The position numbers were made by a program, and so were the translations under genes. Positions 1-9,866 of a DNA stretch of 64,000 bases are shown here, in pieces (within the stretch, counting starts at the first letter, position 1; each line of letters begins with the position of its first letter). The notes below the pieces were generated by a model, which made no database searches, was not told where the DNA came from, and was given only the letters and a program-made list of their open reading frames with translations. Origin of the DNA: Andalucia godoyi And28. Taxonomy: Eukaryota; Protista; Jakobida. The stretch spans positions 487,636-551,635 of the forward strand of contig VRVR01000001.1 of the NCBI GenBank assembly GCA_009859145.1, given 5' to 3'.

Positions 1-1249
1 GTGCACTCGTTTGATTTCCTGCAGTGTCTGCGTCGTTCGGTGTGGATGACGACGGCTTGGCGACTGGATCTTGCACCGAGCTGGTCCTTGCGTCGCTGTC
101 GATGAGTTGAGTGGCAACGGAATCGTCTTTGCAACACTGCTTGGTGTCTGAGGATGCTGTCTCCTTGTCGGATGCCGAAGGCGACGACGGAGCGTCCTTT
201 GGAGCACCCTGAAGTTTCTTATTGAGAAAGCGGAGCCTCTGAATCTCTGTTTCCTTTTCTCCCACAACGTGCTGCAAATGTTGCACGTGCTGCTCGAGCG
301 AACCTTTTGGTTTCACTGCCGACATCGATGCTTGCTGCAGCAGCAGCAGCCTGTCTCTTTCCTTGACGACCAGCTCCACCCGTTTCTCAAGTCCAGCGAA
401 CTTTTGAAGCACGTCATCCAGCATGTCGTCCTTTTCCCGGAGTGCTCTTTTCATGTCTTCCACTTGCTTGTCAGCCTCTTCCCATTTCTGCTTCATCGCT
501 TCGCTCTCCGCTTCCACCTTTGCCCTGTTGCTCATCAACTTCTTCGCTTGTTCCGAAGCATGTATCCACTTTTCTCTGTAAAAGTCGATCCTGTACACCG
601 ATTCTCTGTTTGTGTCGTTGATGTTCGTCTGCAGCACACTCTTTTCTTTTTCCATTGCCCTCTTCATCTTTTGCATTTCCGTCGCATACATTTTTCGCTC
701 CTGCACGATCAAGTCTATTTGCGTGGACGCTTCCTCACTTCGTTTTCGCGGAGTGTTCGTTCCTTCCTCCACGAGATCCCTGGACGTGGATGTAGTCATG
801 GATACGGACGTGTTGTTGTTGTTGTTGTTGTTGTTGTTCGTTATCCACGAATCCGGTTCCTGCGCATTCAGATCGCGTATATCCAACGACTGTTCTACGG
901 CCTCCACTTGACCGGTGTTGTTACAATCATTGTTACCATAGCCACTACTGCTACTACTGCCACCAGTGTGGCTGCTGGTTTGATTGTGAACCGCCGGACT
1001 GCCATGCTCAAGCCTGATTCGCATTTCAGCATTTTGCTCATAAATGGTGTCGACTTGCTGGTTGAGGATGATGATCCTTGCGTCGCGTCGTGCCAGCTGC
1101 TTCTTCGCATTTTTCAACTCAGTCACCAGTTGATCTCTCGAATACCCAGAAAATTCCTCGGTTAAGTTCTTCTGAATTGCAGTAGAATCGGAAGGCGAAG
1201 AAAGCACCTTCTCACTGCTACCCAGAGAGCTGCCATTTCGCGCATCCAT
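1..1249 (-). CDS. Coiled-coil protein, 5' part (runs off the left edge)
   Basis: Manual translation: ATG at 1249 (MDARNGSSLGSSEKV...) stays open to position 1, with E/K/Q-rich heptad segments and a poly-N tract. It is missing from the ORF track because the stop lies outside the window. Confidence 0.75.
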   Translation of the reverse strand, partial: MDARNGSSLGSSEKVLSSPSDSTAIQKNLTEEFSGYSRDQLVTELKNAKKQLARRDARIIILNQQVDTIYEQNAEMRIRLEHGSPAVHNQTSSHTGGSSSSSGYGNNDCNNTGQVEAVEQSLDIRDLNAQEPDSWITNNNNNNNNNTSVSMTTSTSRDLVEEGTNTPRKRSEEASTQIDLIVQERKMYATEMQKMKRAMEKEKSVLQTNINDTNRESVYRIDFYREKWIHASEQAKKLMSNRAKVEAESEAMKQKWEEADKQVEDMKRALREKDDMLDDVLQKFAGLEKRVELVVKERDRLLLLQQASMSAVKPKGSLEQHVQHLQHVVGEKETEIQRLRFLNKKLQGAPKDAPSSPSASDKETASSDTKQCCKDDSVATQLIDSDARTSSVQDPVAKPSSSTPNDADTAGNQTSA

Positions 1250-1743
1250 CGTTTGCTCAGCTTCACTATGTATGACCGTAACTCCAAAAAATAAAAATAA
1301 AAAATGGAACTCGGAAGCCGAGGTTCTCCTTTATCAAGAAGTGATCGTGAAACTCAAAAATGGAGCGAATAGTTACTGAAAGGTAAAAACGAAAAGCAAA
1401 GCAAAGCAAAGCAAAGCAAATCAAAACAAAAAAACCTTAAATCTCTTCCCGAAAATACACCCGTCGTAAATAACAAACAGTTCCCGTTTGTCATCAATTG
1501 ATCCTTGACCATTTCGCGGGAAGCACATAAAGCACTGCGCCTCCTTTCTAAAGTTGAGCATTATCGGTGTTTCATGTTTTCCTCAAAAAGTGAAATGTAT
1601 AAAATACATAATACATATAAATAAATAAGTAAATAAATAGAAAGAAGAAAAACTTGCATTTTAAGCAAAATCATCGGAACAAAGAAGGAACTGGCTAAGA
1701 AACGGGGCTAGGACATAAAGTTGTGAGAAAGGGGAAAGGCGGC

Positions 1744-4683
1744 ATGTTGGAGATTGTAGAGCGATGTTGCAAGAGTGGACATTCAGAGTCGGAGGTTCAG
1801 GCTGCGCTGGAAGAGCTCGGAGCTTTGACTCGACAGAGAACAATGTCGATATTGCAGCTTGTGGATCATGCGGAGCTGTTTCTTGTGAGCATGGACGACA
1901 CGGAACGTTCGAGAGCAACGCAGATGCTCACGAAAGCACTGGAGCACTGCGATTCTTTTTGTACTACGACTGCATCTGTGACGAGTGGTACTGGTCCGAG
2001 CGAAGGCGTGATGAATGCAGATGCGCTTAGTTTTCTGGTTCAGTTTTACACGTCGAGGCTGCATGACTTTTTCTCAGTTTCGGCATTGTTGGAAGGACTT
2101 GCAGTTCTGTGCTCTAGGTTCCAGAAGCTTCGAGATCAAGATGTGCTTCCGTTGACTCAAAGTCTGTTTGCCGACATCAAGGCTCAGTCGCTCAGTCATT
2201 CACAACGCCAGCTGCTTCTGCGACTGGTGTCGTTGATTGTGGACCGGTATCCGGAATTTGTGGTTCAACAAAACGACGACTTTCTTGCGGGTTTCCTTTC
2301 TGCGGTTGAAAATGAAAGAGATCCGAGGTGCCTTGTGTTGGCGTTTGCCATTTCTGCTAAATTGGGATCTTTGCTTCTCGGCCCCGATGCGCCGTCGGTC
2401 GAATTAGCAGGTGATTTGTGGGAAATTCTCTCGTGCTACTTCCCAATCATGTTTAAGCCACCAAAGAACGACAAGATTGGAATTGCTCCAAAGGATCTAA
2501 GAGATGGGCTAAGAGTCGCAATGGCGTCCTCTCCACACTTTTTGCCATACCTTGTGCCATTCATGGTGGAGAAAATGCTGGTGTTGAACGGGGATGTCCT
2601 TTGCGATGCATACGATACGCTCAACTCCGCTCTAGGATTATATGATGCCAAGCAACTTTCTCCGTATCTTGGAGAGTTGGTTTCGGCAACCACAACTTCC
2701 TTCCTGACGATTCCTCCAATGGACGACCATGTGGTTGCGTCGTGCTTGTCGTTTGTCCGCCATCTTGCGTCTGTGGGTGGCCGACAACTAGTCACCCTGT
2801 TTCTGAGGCCTGCGCTGGCATCTTTCAAGTCGCCACATTCTGCGCGGTCGGAGGATCCGTTGCTGGCACAGAGACATGTGCATTTGGTCTGTACCCTGTT
2901 GTCCGCCTCCGAAGACTGCGCTCGGACGGTCATCAACGTTGTGCTGACGGATCTCTGTTCAGCATTTCCAGATCGTCCGCTGCCAGACGACCGATCATTC
3001 TTCTTGCACGTCATGGAAAGTTTAGCGCTTGCTGCAGCAGCTTCCAATTTCATGCATATTTTGGACAATCTGCAAATGAAAACGATGCTATTGTCCACGT
3101 TTTCCATTGCAGAGGAGAATTCCGCGTCTGATGTTCGGATGCTGGTTGCGTCCACACAAACCCGGACTGTCTTCTATGCAATTCCAGGTTTTGTGGATAC
3201 TCCCGACGACGCTCGAAACTGCATCCGACGTCTTGTCTTGTGGTTGGGCCTCCCGCCAGCGGAGGTCAAAGGGGACGGACACGTTCTAGCATCGTTGCAG
3301 AAGGTTTTGAATTTTATCGCAGCATCGAAGAATTCCGCGCTGTTGAGCGACCAGTTGCCCGAATTACTGGCCTATGCACTGGAACATTCCGAAATTGCCC
3401 CTCGCTTCATCAGTTCGCTTGTTTCGGCTGCAGTAGCTTCGTCAGTGTTTCGTGCGTCACTGGCAGAGCAACTGCTGCTTCTTCCGCAGAGTCTCCCATT
3501 TTGTTTTCTCGAAGCTCTTGCCAAACTAGCAGAGTTGCAGTTTTCTGATGCGGCGAAGCTGGCAATGTTTTCTATGGATCATTTGCTTGCGAGCTTCCAA
3601 GTGGACACTCAGTTGGTGTTTGCTTGTGCGTTGTTTGCACGCCAGTGCTCACAGCCGGTGCTGGAATCCATCTGGGATTGTCTTCGGTCTGTTCTAGACG
3701 ATTCTGCAGCTTGGTTGATGCATGTTAGCGGAATGACGGGCCGTCCGTCTCGAGTCGCATGCGGCCCAACCCCTGCAGCATTCTTTGCAGCAATATCAGC
3801 ACTGTGCGCAGCATTGCCGAATCCCGTGGCCTTGCAGATTGCAGAGGATGTTTTCGCACGCGTCAGATCAACGCAATCATTGGATTTTTGGTCCTCCCGA
3901 GCACTGTCCATCGTGATGAACAAGTCTTCTGACGCCGATTGTGAATGGCTTGTGAGCAGCCATGCTTCCGACCTCTTGTCGGCTTTTCCAAACACATTGT
4001 TCCCCTGGATTGTGAAGGCGTTTGTCACACGCAACGATTCACGTGCCTACAGTGAGTTTGTTCCGCGGCTGTTGGAGAATTTGTCGCGATCGTCGGTTGC
4101 CATTGTTCTTGACGACTCACCTCTTATGCTGTATTCTGTCGCCTTGTTTCAGTCGAATATCTCTGTCCTTTATCGGCAGCGTTTTTTCATGACTGTGCTA
4201 CCTCTGCTGTTGTCGAAGATCGATGCGATGGAGCCTTCGCACGACATGTCCGTTTGCATCGCCAACCTTGCCGATCTCTGCTCGCACGTTCCGTTTTCCG
4301 TCCTTTCCCAGCACGTCCAGCTCGTTGTGCAGAGCTTAGCGCAGATTCTGAGTTCGGAGTCCTGGAGCGGGGATGCAGCTGGGCTGGAGAACGTTTTGGC
4401 CACCTGTCGGGAGTTCGTGATCAATTCTCCTTTGATATTTTCGAAAGACATTCGAATGTGGATTGACATTGTTTCTCGACATCTTACTCACTCTTCCATG
4501 ACTGTGAGGATTGCTGCCGTCCGAGTGCTTCATCGAATGGCTCTCACGCTGGAGACCGCAATTACCTCACCCTACAAGAAGCTCGTCTCGGATCGCTTGA
4601 GGGTGCTCCTCGACGATCGCAAGCGGCCCGTTCGCATTGAGGCCGCGAATGCGCGCAGCCATTGGGTGATGTTGGTTGACTGA
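1744..4683 (+). CDS. MMS19: MMS19 cytosolic Fe-S assembly (CIA) targeting factor, HEAT repeats
   Basis: MMS19-type motifs FLSAVENERDPRCLVLAF, LSCYFPIMFKPPKND and C-terminal LLDDRKRPVRIEAANARSHW. First ATG is at 1744. Confidence 0.9.
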   Translation: MLEIVERCCKSGHSESEVQAALEELGALTRQRTMSILQLVDHAELFLVSMDDTERSRATQMLTKALEHCDSFCTTTASVTSGTGPSEGVMNADALSFLVQFYTSRLHDFFSVSALLEGLAVLCSRFQKLRDQDVLPLTQSLFADIKAQSLSHSQRQLLLRLVSLIVDRYPEFVVQQNDDFLAGFLSAVENERDPRCLVLAFAISAKLGSLLLGPDAPSVELAGDLWEILSCYFPIMFKPPKNDKIGIAPKDLRDGLRVAMASSPHFLPYLVPFMVEKMLVLNGDVLCDAYDTLNSALGLYDAKQLSPYLGELVSATTTSFLTIPPMDDHVVASCLSFVRHLASVGGRQLVTLFLRPALASFKSPHSARSEDPLLAQRHVHLVCTLLSASEDCARTVINVVLTDLCSAFPDRPLPDDRSFFLHVMESLALAAAASNFMHILDNLQMKTMLLSTFSIAEENSASDVRMLVASTQTRTVFYAIPGFVDTPDDARNCIRRLVLWLGLPPAEVKGDGHVLASLQKVLNFIAASKNSALLSDQLPELLAYALEHSEIAPRFISSLVSAAVASSVFRASLAEQLLLLPQSLPFCFLEALAKLAELQFSDAAKLAMFSMDHLLASFQVDTQLVFACALFARQCSQPVLESIWDCLRSVLDDSAAWLMHVSGMTGRPSRVACGPTPAAFFAAISALCAALPNPVALQIAEDVFARVRSTQSLDFWSSRALSIVMNKSSDADCEWLVSSHASDLLSAFPNTLFPWIVKAFVTRNDSRAYSEFVPRLLENLSRSSVAIVLDDSPLMLYSVALFQSNISVLYRQRFFMTVLPLLLSKIDAMEPSHDMSVCIANLADLCSHVPFSVLSQHVQLVVQSLAQILSSESWSGDAAGLENVLATCREFVINSPLIFSKDIRMWIDIVSRHLTHSSMTVRIAAVRVLHRMALTLETAITSPYKKLVSDRLRVLLDDRKRPVRIEAANARSHWVMLVD

Positions 4684-4890
4684 CATGCATGTGGCGAAGT
4701 GCAGCGCAACGGAACAATGAGGTATGCATGGCACACACGCGGACACCCACACGGATGTAGTAGTTTTTTCCGCTCTTTCTCCGCACAAAAAAAATAAATA
4801 AATAATAATAATAAAAATGTCTGTACAATACAAGAAGAGCAGGAATACTGTTATCCGGCCGGTGAAGCCATTTATTTTCAATGGAGACTT

Positions 4891-5998
4891 TTAGTCGTTT
4901 TTCACCAGCCAGGGAAGGGCGTCCAAATCGACGTTACCTCCCGATATCACTACAGCGACATTCTTGAGATTGAATTCGCGTGCAACTGCTCGAAACTCTG
5001 GCGTCATGACTGCTGCCACTGTCACTGCCGACGACGGTTCAATCACCAACTTGCATCTTTCAAACACCATCTTCATCCAGTGCACAATCTCCTTCTCCGA
5101 CACGGTAAACACGCCATCGACGAGTCTTGAAATGACATCCCAGTTGCGCAGCCCAATTGTTGTCTTCAGACCGTCTGCAATGGTGTCAGGAGTCTTGGAC
5201 AACGGCGTTCGGACTCCGTTGCGAAGCGACAACCATGCGTCGTTCGCCTCTTCGGGCTCTGCTCCAAAGACCTTGATTCCTGGCTTCAAAGCCTTTGCGG
5301 CAATCGCAATACCTGACAGCAGTCCACCGCCACCACAGCACGTGATGATGGCATCCACATCGCCACACTGTTCCAGGATTTCCAGAGCCACCGTTCCCTG
5401 TCCCGCAATGACTCGGTCATCATCATACGGAGGGATCATGGTAGCCCCAGTTTCCAGCATCACCTTTGCGGCAGTTTCCTCTCGAGACTGCTGTGTCGGT
5501 TCGCACTGAATAACCTTACCTCCATAGCTCTCCACAGCCAGCTTCTTCACTTTGAGAGCATTCCGCGGCATCACAATATATGCTGGTATTTGCAGCGTCT
5601 TCGCAGCTGCCGCCAATGCACCCGCATGATTTCCAGAGGAATGCGTAATCACTCCGTTCATCCGTTCTTCGGCACTCAGCAGCAGCGCCGCATTGAACGC
5701 CCCTCGAGCTTTGAATGCACCGCACTTTTGCAGCGCTTCATTCTTGATGACCAGATGAAGCCCATCCGTTTGCGAATCAAGAAATTCTGTCATCCTTGCA
5801 CATCCGCTTGTCAGCAACTCACAACACAGACAGGGAAAAGACAGAAAAACCAGCTGTAAAAAAAATAAAACCAAGGGGAAAAAAAGATATCGTACCTGAC
5901 GTAAACACCGGGGTCTTGTGGATAAACGGCTGGATCCGCCGATGTGCTTGTTGAATGTCCTCAATGCAAACACCGCAGTTCACTCGATCGCTCGCCAT
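4891..5998 (-). CDS. SRR: PLP-dependent serine racemase / Ser-Thr dehydratase; exons 5998-5896 and 5786-4891
   Basis: Motifs GAFKARGA (PLP Lys), HSSGNHA, GGGGLLSG and ISGGNVD. Splicing the GTACGA...CAG intron restores IHKTPVFTS-EFLDSQ. Confidence 0.88.
5787..5895 (-). other. Spliceosomal intron (109 nt, phase 1) in the serine racemase gene
   Basis: GTACGA donor, T-rich body, GCTGAC branch-like motif and GACAG acceptor. Its removal restores the conserved frame. Confidence 0.85.
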
Positions 5999-6463
5999 TC
6001 TACCGCCCTTCTTTTTCTTCTCCGACTGTATCACTAGTTCTTCGGGCGTCGGGCTCCTCGTTCTAGCCGTCGCTGTCCGAATTCTTGGCCTTTATGAGCA
6101 TCATTATGGTGAGTGCGTGTGTGTGTGTGTGAGAGAGAGAGAGCACGGAAAAAAGGTCCGGCAGTCCTTCCGAGATTAGGGTTTCTTTCGGCCCTATTTT
6201 GTTTAATCGGGCTCGGTTTTATTTTCCTTTTTTCCTTTTTTTTTTGTTGCGCCGTTTTGTTTTCCATTGCGATATTTATTACATGCAGGCTTCTCCTCTC
6301 GCTTTTCTTTGAGAAACATTCAAAAATTAAAAAAAGCAGAGGAAATTTAGTTTTCCAGTTTCCGTGAAGGACACACTCAATTGGAGCGTGATAAATCAGC
6401 AAATTTATTACACACGTATATTTTGGTCGGGGGGTTTAGGGTTTCTTTTTTCTCCGATTGGGA

Positions 6464-7642
6464 ATGGGTGAGAACAGCGGGATGATACCCACTACGTCCG
6501 TTTACGAAGCGGAGAATCTGGCGGCAATTCGTGGGCGGCCGTCGATTTCTGATCGTCGAAAGCTGGCCATGAAAGCTAGACGGCTGTTGCAGCTTGCGGA
6601 TGCAGAGAGGCTCAAGGAGAGTGGTTCATCGCTGGCTGCGTCGGCACCGGCATCGTCGTCGCCGTCGTCGTCGTCGTTGTTGTTGTCGGAGAACCAGAGC
6701 AATGGGATCGATCTCCATGTTTCAAATGCAGGTAGCTCCAGCGCTGATGCATCGAACGTGTCTTCTTCTCAAGCAGGAGACGAGTCAGAGACAGAAAATG
6801 AGGATCGCAGTGCAACGAGAAAACGTGGTCGGCCGCGGATGACGAACGCGGAAAAGTATGAGGCAGCAGCCCGAAGGATTGTTCGACAGCTGATGATGCT
6901 CGGTACTGCTGGCATGCACTTGGGCATGAATTGGAATCAACCAGAAGACAATCAATCCCGTCCCTTTGACTCCTCTTCTGCGTCGACTGCGTCTTCTTCT
7001 TCTTCTTCTTCTTCTTCTTCTGCTGCTTCTTCTTCTTCTGCTGCTGCTGCTGCTGCTGCTGCTTCTACCTCGTCGGCACCATCATCGCTGTCAACAGCGA
7101 TGACTGCAACAGCAACTTCGGCAAGCTTGCCAGTTTCTGGTTCGTCGACTGCGAGTTCCGGTTCCGCAACTTCTGCAGAGAGTGTAGGGCAAGCGACATC
7201 TTCCCCTACGCTACCTGGCCTCACTTGCAGGTTTGGAAGTGCTCCGGATCGCTTGTCTGCGGCATCAAGCGTCGCGGAAGTGTCAGCGCTACCTTCTGCA
7301 ATCGGTAATACTTCGAGCGCAGGATCCGGGTGTGAGATGGTGCAATTGTCGAATTCGTCGCTTGCGGGTCTCCGAACCGATGAATACGTGACTCCGGTTG
7401 CTGGATCTTTGCGGAAGCGAGAGCTGGGACTGCGGAAAAGGCCAGGGCACCGCAGTGGGAAGCGGTCCCGCACCGTCCGTCTGAGTGGCGGGGACTCTGC
7501 AGATGCAGACGAGTTTGGGGACGATTTGCATGATGTAGATGCCGCGGATTCAAATGAAGATGGAGATGGCACCGACAACGAGGAAGATGCCGATCACGAG
7601 GAAGCCAGCGTTGCAGACCACCACATCGTTGCGTCCCTGTAG
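6464..7642 (+). CDS. Low-complexity protein with AT-hook-like motifs, probably nuclear
   Basis: Long ORF with IRGRPS and RKRGRPR motifs, Ser/Ala tracts, basic RKR clusters and an acidic C-terminus. Confidence 0.65.
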   Translation: MGENSGMIPTTSVYEAENLAAIRGRPSISDRRKLAMKARRLLQLADAERLKESGSSLAASAPASSSPSSSSLLLSENQSNGIDLHVSNAGSSSADASNVSSSQAGDESETENEDRSATRKRGRPRMTNAEKYEAAARRIVRQLMMLGTAGMHLGMNWNQPEDNQSRPFDSSSASTASSSSSSSSSSAASSSSAAAAAAAASTSSAPSSLSTAMTATATSASLPVSGSSTASSGSATSAESVGQATSSPTLPGLTCRFGSAPDRLSAASSVAEVSALPSAIGNTSSAGSGCEMVQLSNSSLAGLRTDEYVTPVAGSLRKRELGLRKRPGHRSGKRSRTVRLSGGDSADADEFGDDLHDVDAADSNEDGDGTDNEEDADHEEASVADHHIVASL

Positions 7643-7931
7643 TGTGTGCGAAAAGAAAGGCTCCGACATTTGTAAAACGCAAATGCGGGAAGGGGAAAAG
7701 GAAATAGAAAGCGAGGTTGCGAGATTCAATGGCACAGGTTCTCTTTACACACAAAGTCATGCATGGCATGCTCCTATTCATGTAATATTTTCGCATATAC
7801 TTCTTAGCTCTGCGGTACGTTCCGCGAATTTTTTTTCTTTTTTTCTTTTTTTCTTTTTTTTGGGTTGCAAGGGAAGAAAGAATTGGACACATAACAGCGG
7901 AAGCGCGAAGAAACATGAATGGGACGAACAA

Positions 7932-9353
7932 TTACTGTTTCAATCGCTTGTTCTTCAGGACAATAAAGTTTGTATCCTCAAGTGCTTGTTGCAGAAAAGG
8001 ATGCGCAAGAAGCTCGGTCATGTCTGCTCGGGCAGCGGGGTCCTTCACAAAGCAGCGCTTCAGAAAGTGGTGGAATTCTGGAGACCACTTTGCCTTGTCC
8101 TTGAGCTCTGGTGGTCCTTGGGTGGCGATCATGAACAGCGCACGCAGGGGCGGCAAGTCCAACAGAGGGGGCTCTCCTTCGGCCATCTCAAGCGCCATGA
8201 TTCCCAAGCTCCATACATCGCACTTGAAATCATACGACTGGCCGCGGATCACCTCCGGGGCCATCCAGTACGGAGTTCCGACGACTGATTTTCTCTTTGC
8301 GGCCATGTCCGTCAGTTCTGCGCAGAACCCAAAGTCTGCGATCTTGATCTCTCCTTTTGGTCCAATCAGCAAGTTATCCGACTTGATATCGCGGTGGACA
8401 AACTTCTTATCGTGCATATACTTAAGGGCCAGGATGGATTCTCTGCAGACTGTGGCGACTTCAGGCTCGGTCAGCTGCACCTCATACAACAAGTCAGTCA
8501 ATTTTCCGCCTGGCATGAGATCCATCACGATCCAAAGCTCATCCTCGACCTTGTACGCTCCGTAGTACCGCACAACATTTGGATGCTGGCATGCCTGCAT
8601 GGTGGCCAGCTCATTCACCAGTGCCTCGACCTTGGTGTCCTTCTTCATGTTAATTACCTTGACGGCAACATCAATCTTCTTTTTCGCATACGACGCGCGA
8701 TATACGCAGCCCGACGAGCCTTCGTCCAGCTTGACCATTTTCGAAAACAGCTGCCTCGGATCACCCTTTGCAATCAGGTCGTCAAGCGTCATCTGGTCCG
8801 GAGAAAAGACAGCCTTGCGTGTCTTTGGTCCGTCCATCGTATACTGCAGCACATCCACCACGGCATCTGTGTGATCCTTCATTTCCTTTGCCGAAAAATC
8901 CGACATCTCAAGCATGACTTGCAAGTCGGAGGGCAATCCCTGCAGCGTCCCGGAAGTCTCGTCGAAGTACACGTGGATTTTTCTCTGGAACCCAAACGGC
9001 CTCGATATGTTCATTGTTTCCGAGCCGCCCCCCATTGTGGCGGTTTTCTTGTGTTTTGAATCGCCATTCGACGACTGTGATTGTGATTGTGATTGCGCCG
9101 AAGACGACGAAGATGACGAAGACTGAGGAGGTGGTGAAGGTGACGTCACTGGCTTGAGCTCAGGAGGAAGCGTCTCGGAGCTCACAAAGTCTCGAGCAGG
9201 CCGACCAACATTGAACTTGGCCCATTCCTCAGGCAACCCTTTCAGCTCGCCCGTCTCAGGATCAACCTCGACATGAATTCCGCGCTGGAAAGCAGACGGC
9301 GCAGATATCGAAGCAGAATTGGGTGTTGATCCCGGCGGCGGACTCGAAGACAT
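7932..9353 (-). CDS. PAK: PAK/STE20-family kinase with two CRIB/PBD domains
   Basis: Kinase motifs VAVK, HRDIKSDN, DFG and the PAK signature GTPYWMAPE. Two ISxPxxFQRxIHV...GLP segments. Confidence 0.92.
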   Translation of the reverse strand: MSSSPPPGSTPNSASISAPSAFQRGIHVEVDPETGELKGLPEEWAKFNVGRPARDFVSSETLPPELKPVTSPSPPPQSSSSSSSSAQSQSQSQSSNGDSKHKKTATMGGGSETMNISRPFGFQRKIHVYFDETSGTLQGLPSDLQVMLEMSDFSAKEMKDHTDAVVDVLQYTMDGPKTRKAVFSPDQMTLDDLIAKGDPRQLFSKMVKLDEGSSGCVYRASYAKKKIDVAVKVINMKKDTKVEALVNELATMQACQHPNVVRYYGAYKVEDELWIVMDLMPGGKLTDLLYEVQLTEPEVATVCRESILALKYMHDKKFVHRDIKSDNLLIGPKGEIKIADFGFCAELTDMAAKRKSVVGTPYWMAPEVIRGQSYDFKCDVWSLGIMALEMAEGEPPLLDLPPLRALFMIATQGPPELKDKAKWSPEFHHFLKRCFVKDPAARADMTELLAHPFLQQALEDTNFIVLKNKRLKQ

Positions 9354-9866
9354 TTTTCTTTCTTTTCTTAAAAAGAAACCAAAGAAAATAAATAGATAAA
9401 TAAATTAAAATAGTTCCATAAATTAAAAAAAGACTCTTCAATGCTGTGTGATTTGCTGGGTTTTGCAACAGATCAATACAGATGGTTGGTGAACGACTGC
9501 ATAGCGATGATTCTCCGTTGCGTTTTGTTTTTTCTGTGAGGGTAAATTCAGGTGGAGTCCAAGTCGGAGGGATATGTCCCCGATTTTAAAAATTCGGGAA
9601 CGGCAAAATATATCATAAAACAAAAATTAAAAGAAAACCGTTCTTTTGGGTTCCATTAGAATTCCGAATCCGGAACATGGTTTTGTGCTTTGTGCGCTGC
9701 TCACTTGCACTCTGAATGATTTCTTGTGTTGCCTTTTTCTTTTCCCTTTTGGATGGCTGATCTGTTCTTTTGGAGGGGGTTTGCGTTTTTTCCCCTTCTT
9801 TTTCGATTGGTTCCCAGAAGAATCAAAGAAAGAAGGAAAGAAAGAAAGAAAAAACAGAAGAGGGGA

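Noticed and set aside
269-1165. 298-aa plus-strand ORF
   Set aside because: Antisense shadow of the coiled-coil gene on the minus strand (1249 to the edge), with unnatural L/H/F-rich composition.
6431-6444. GGGGTTTAGGGTTT telomere/telo-box-like motif
   Set aside because: Only about 1.5 units with no array. A promoter telo-box cannot be supported from one instance.
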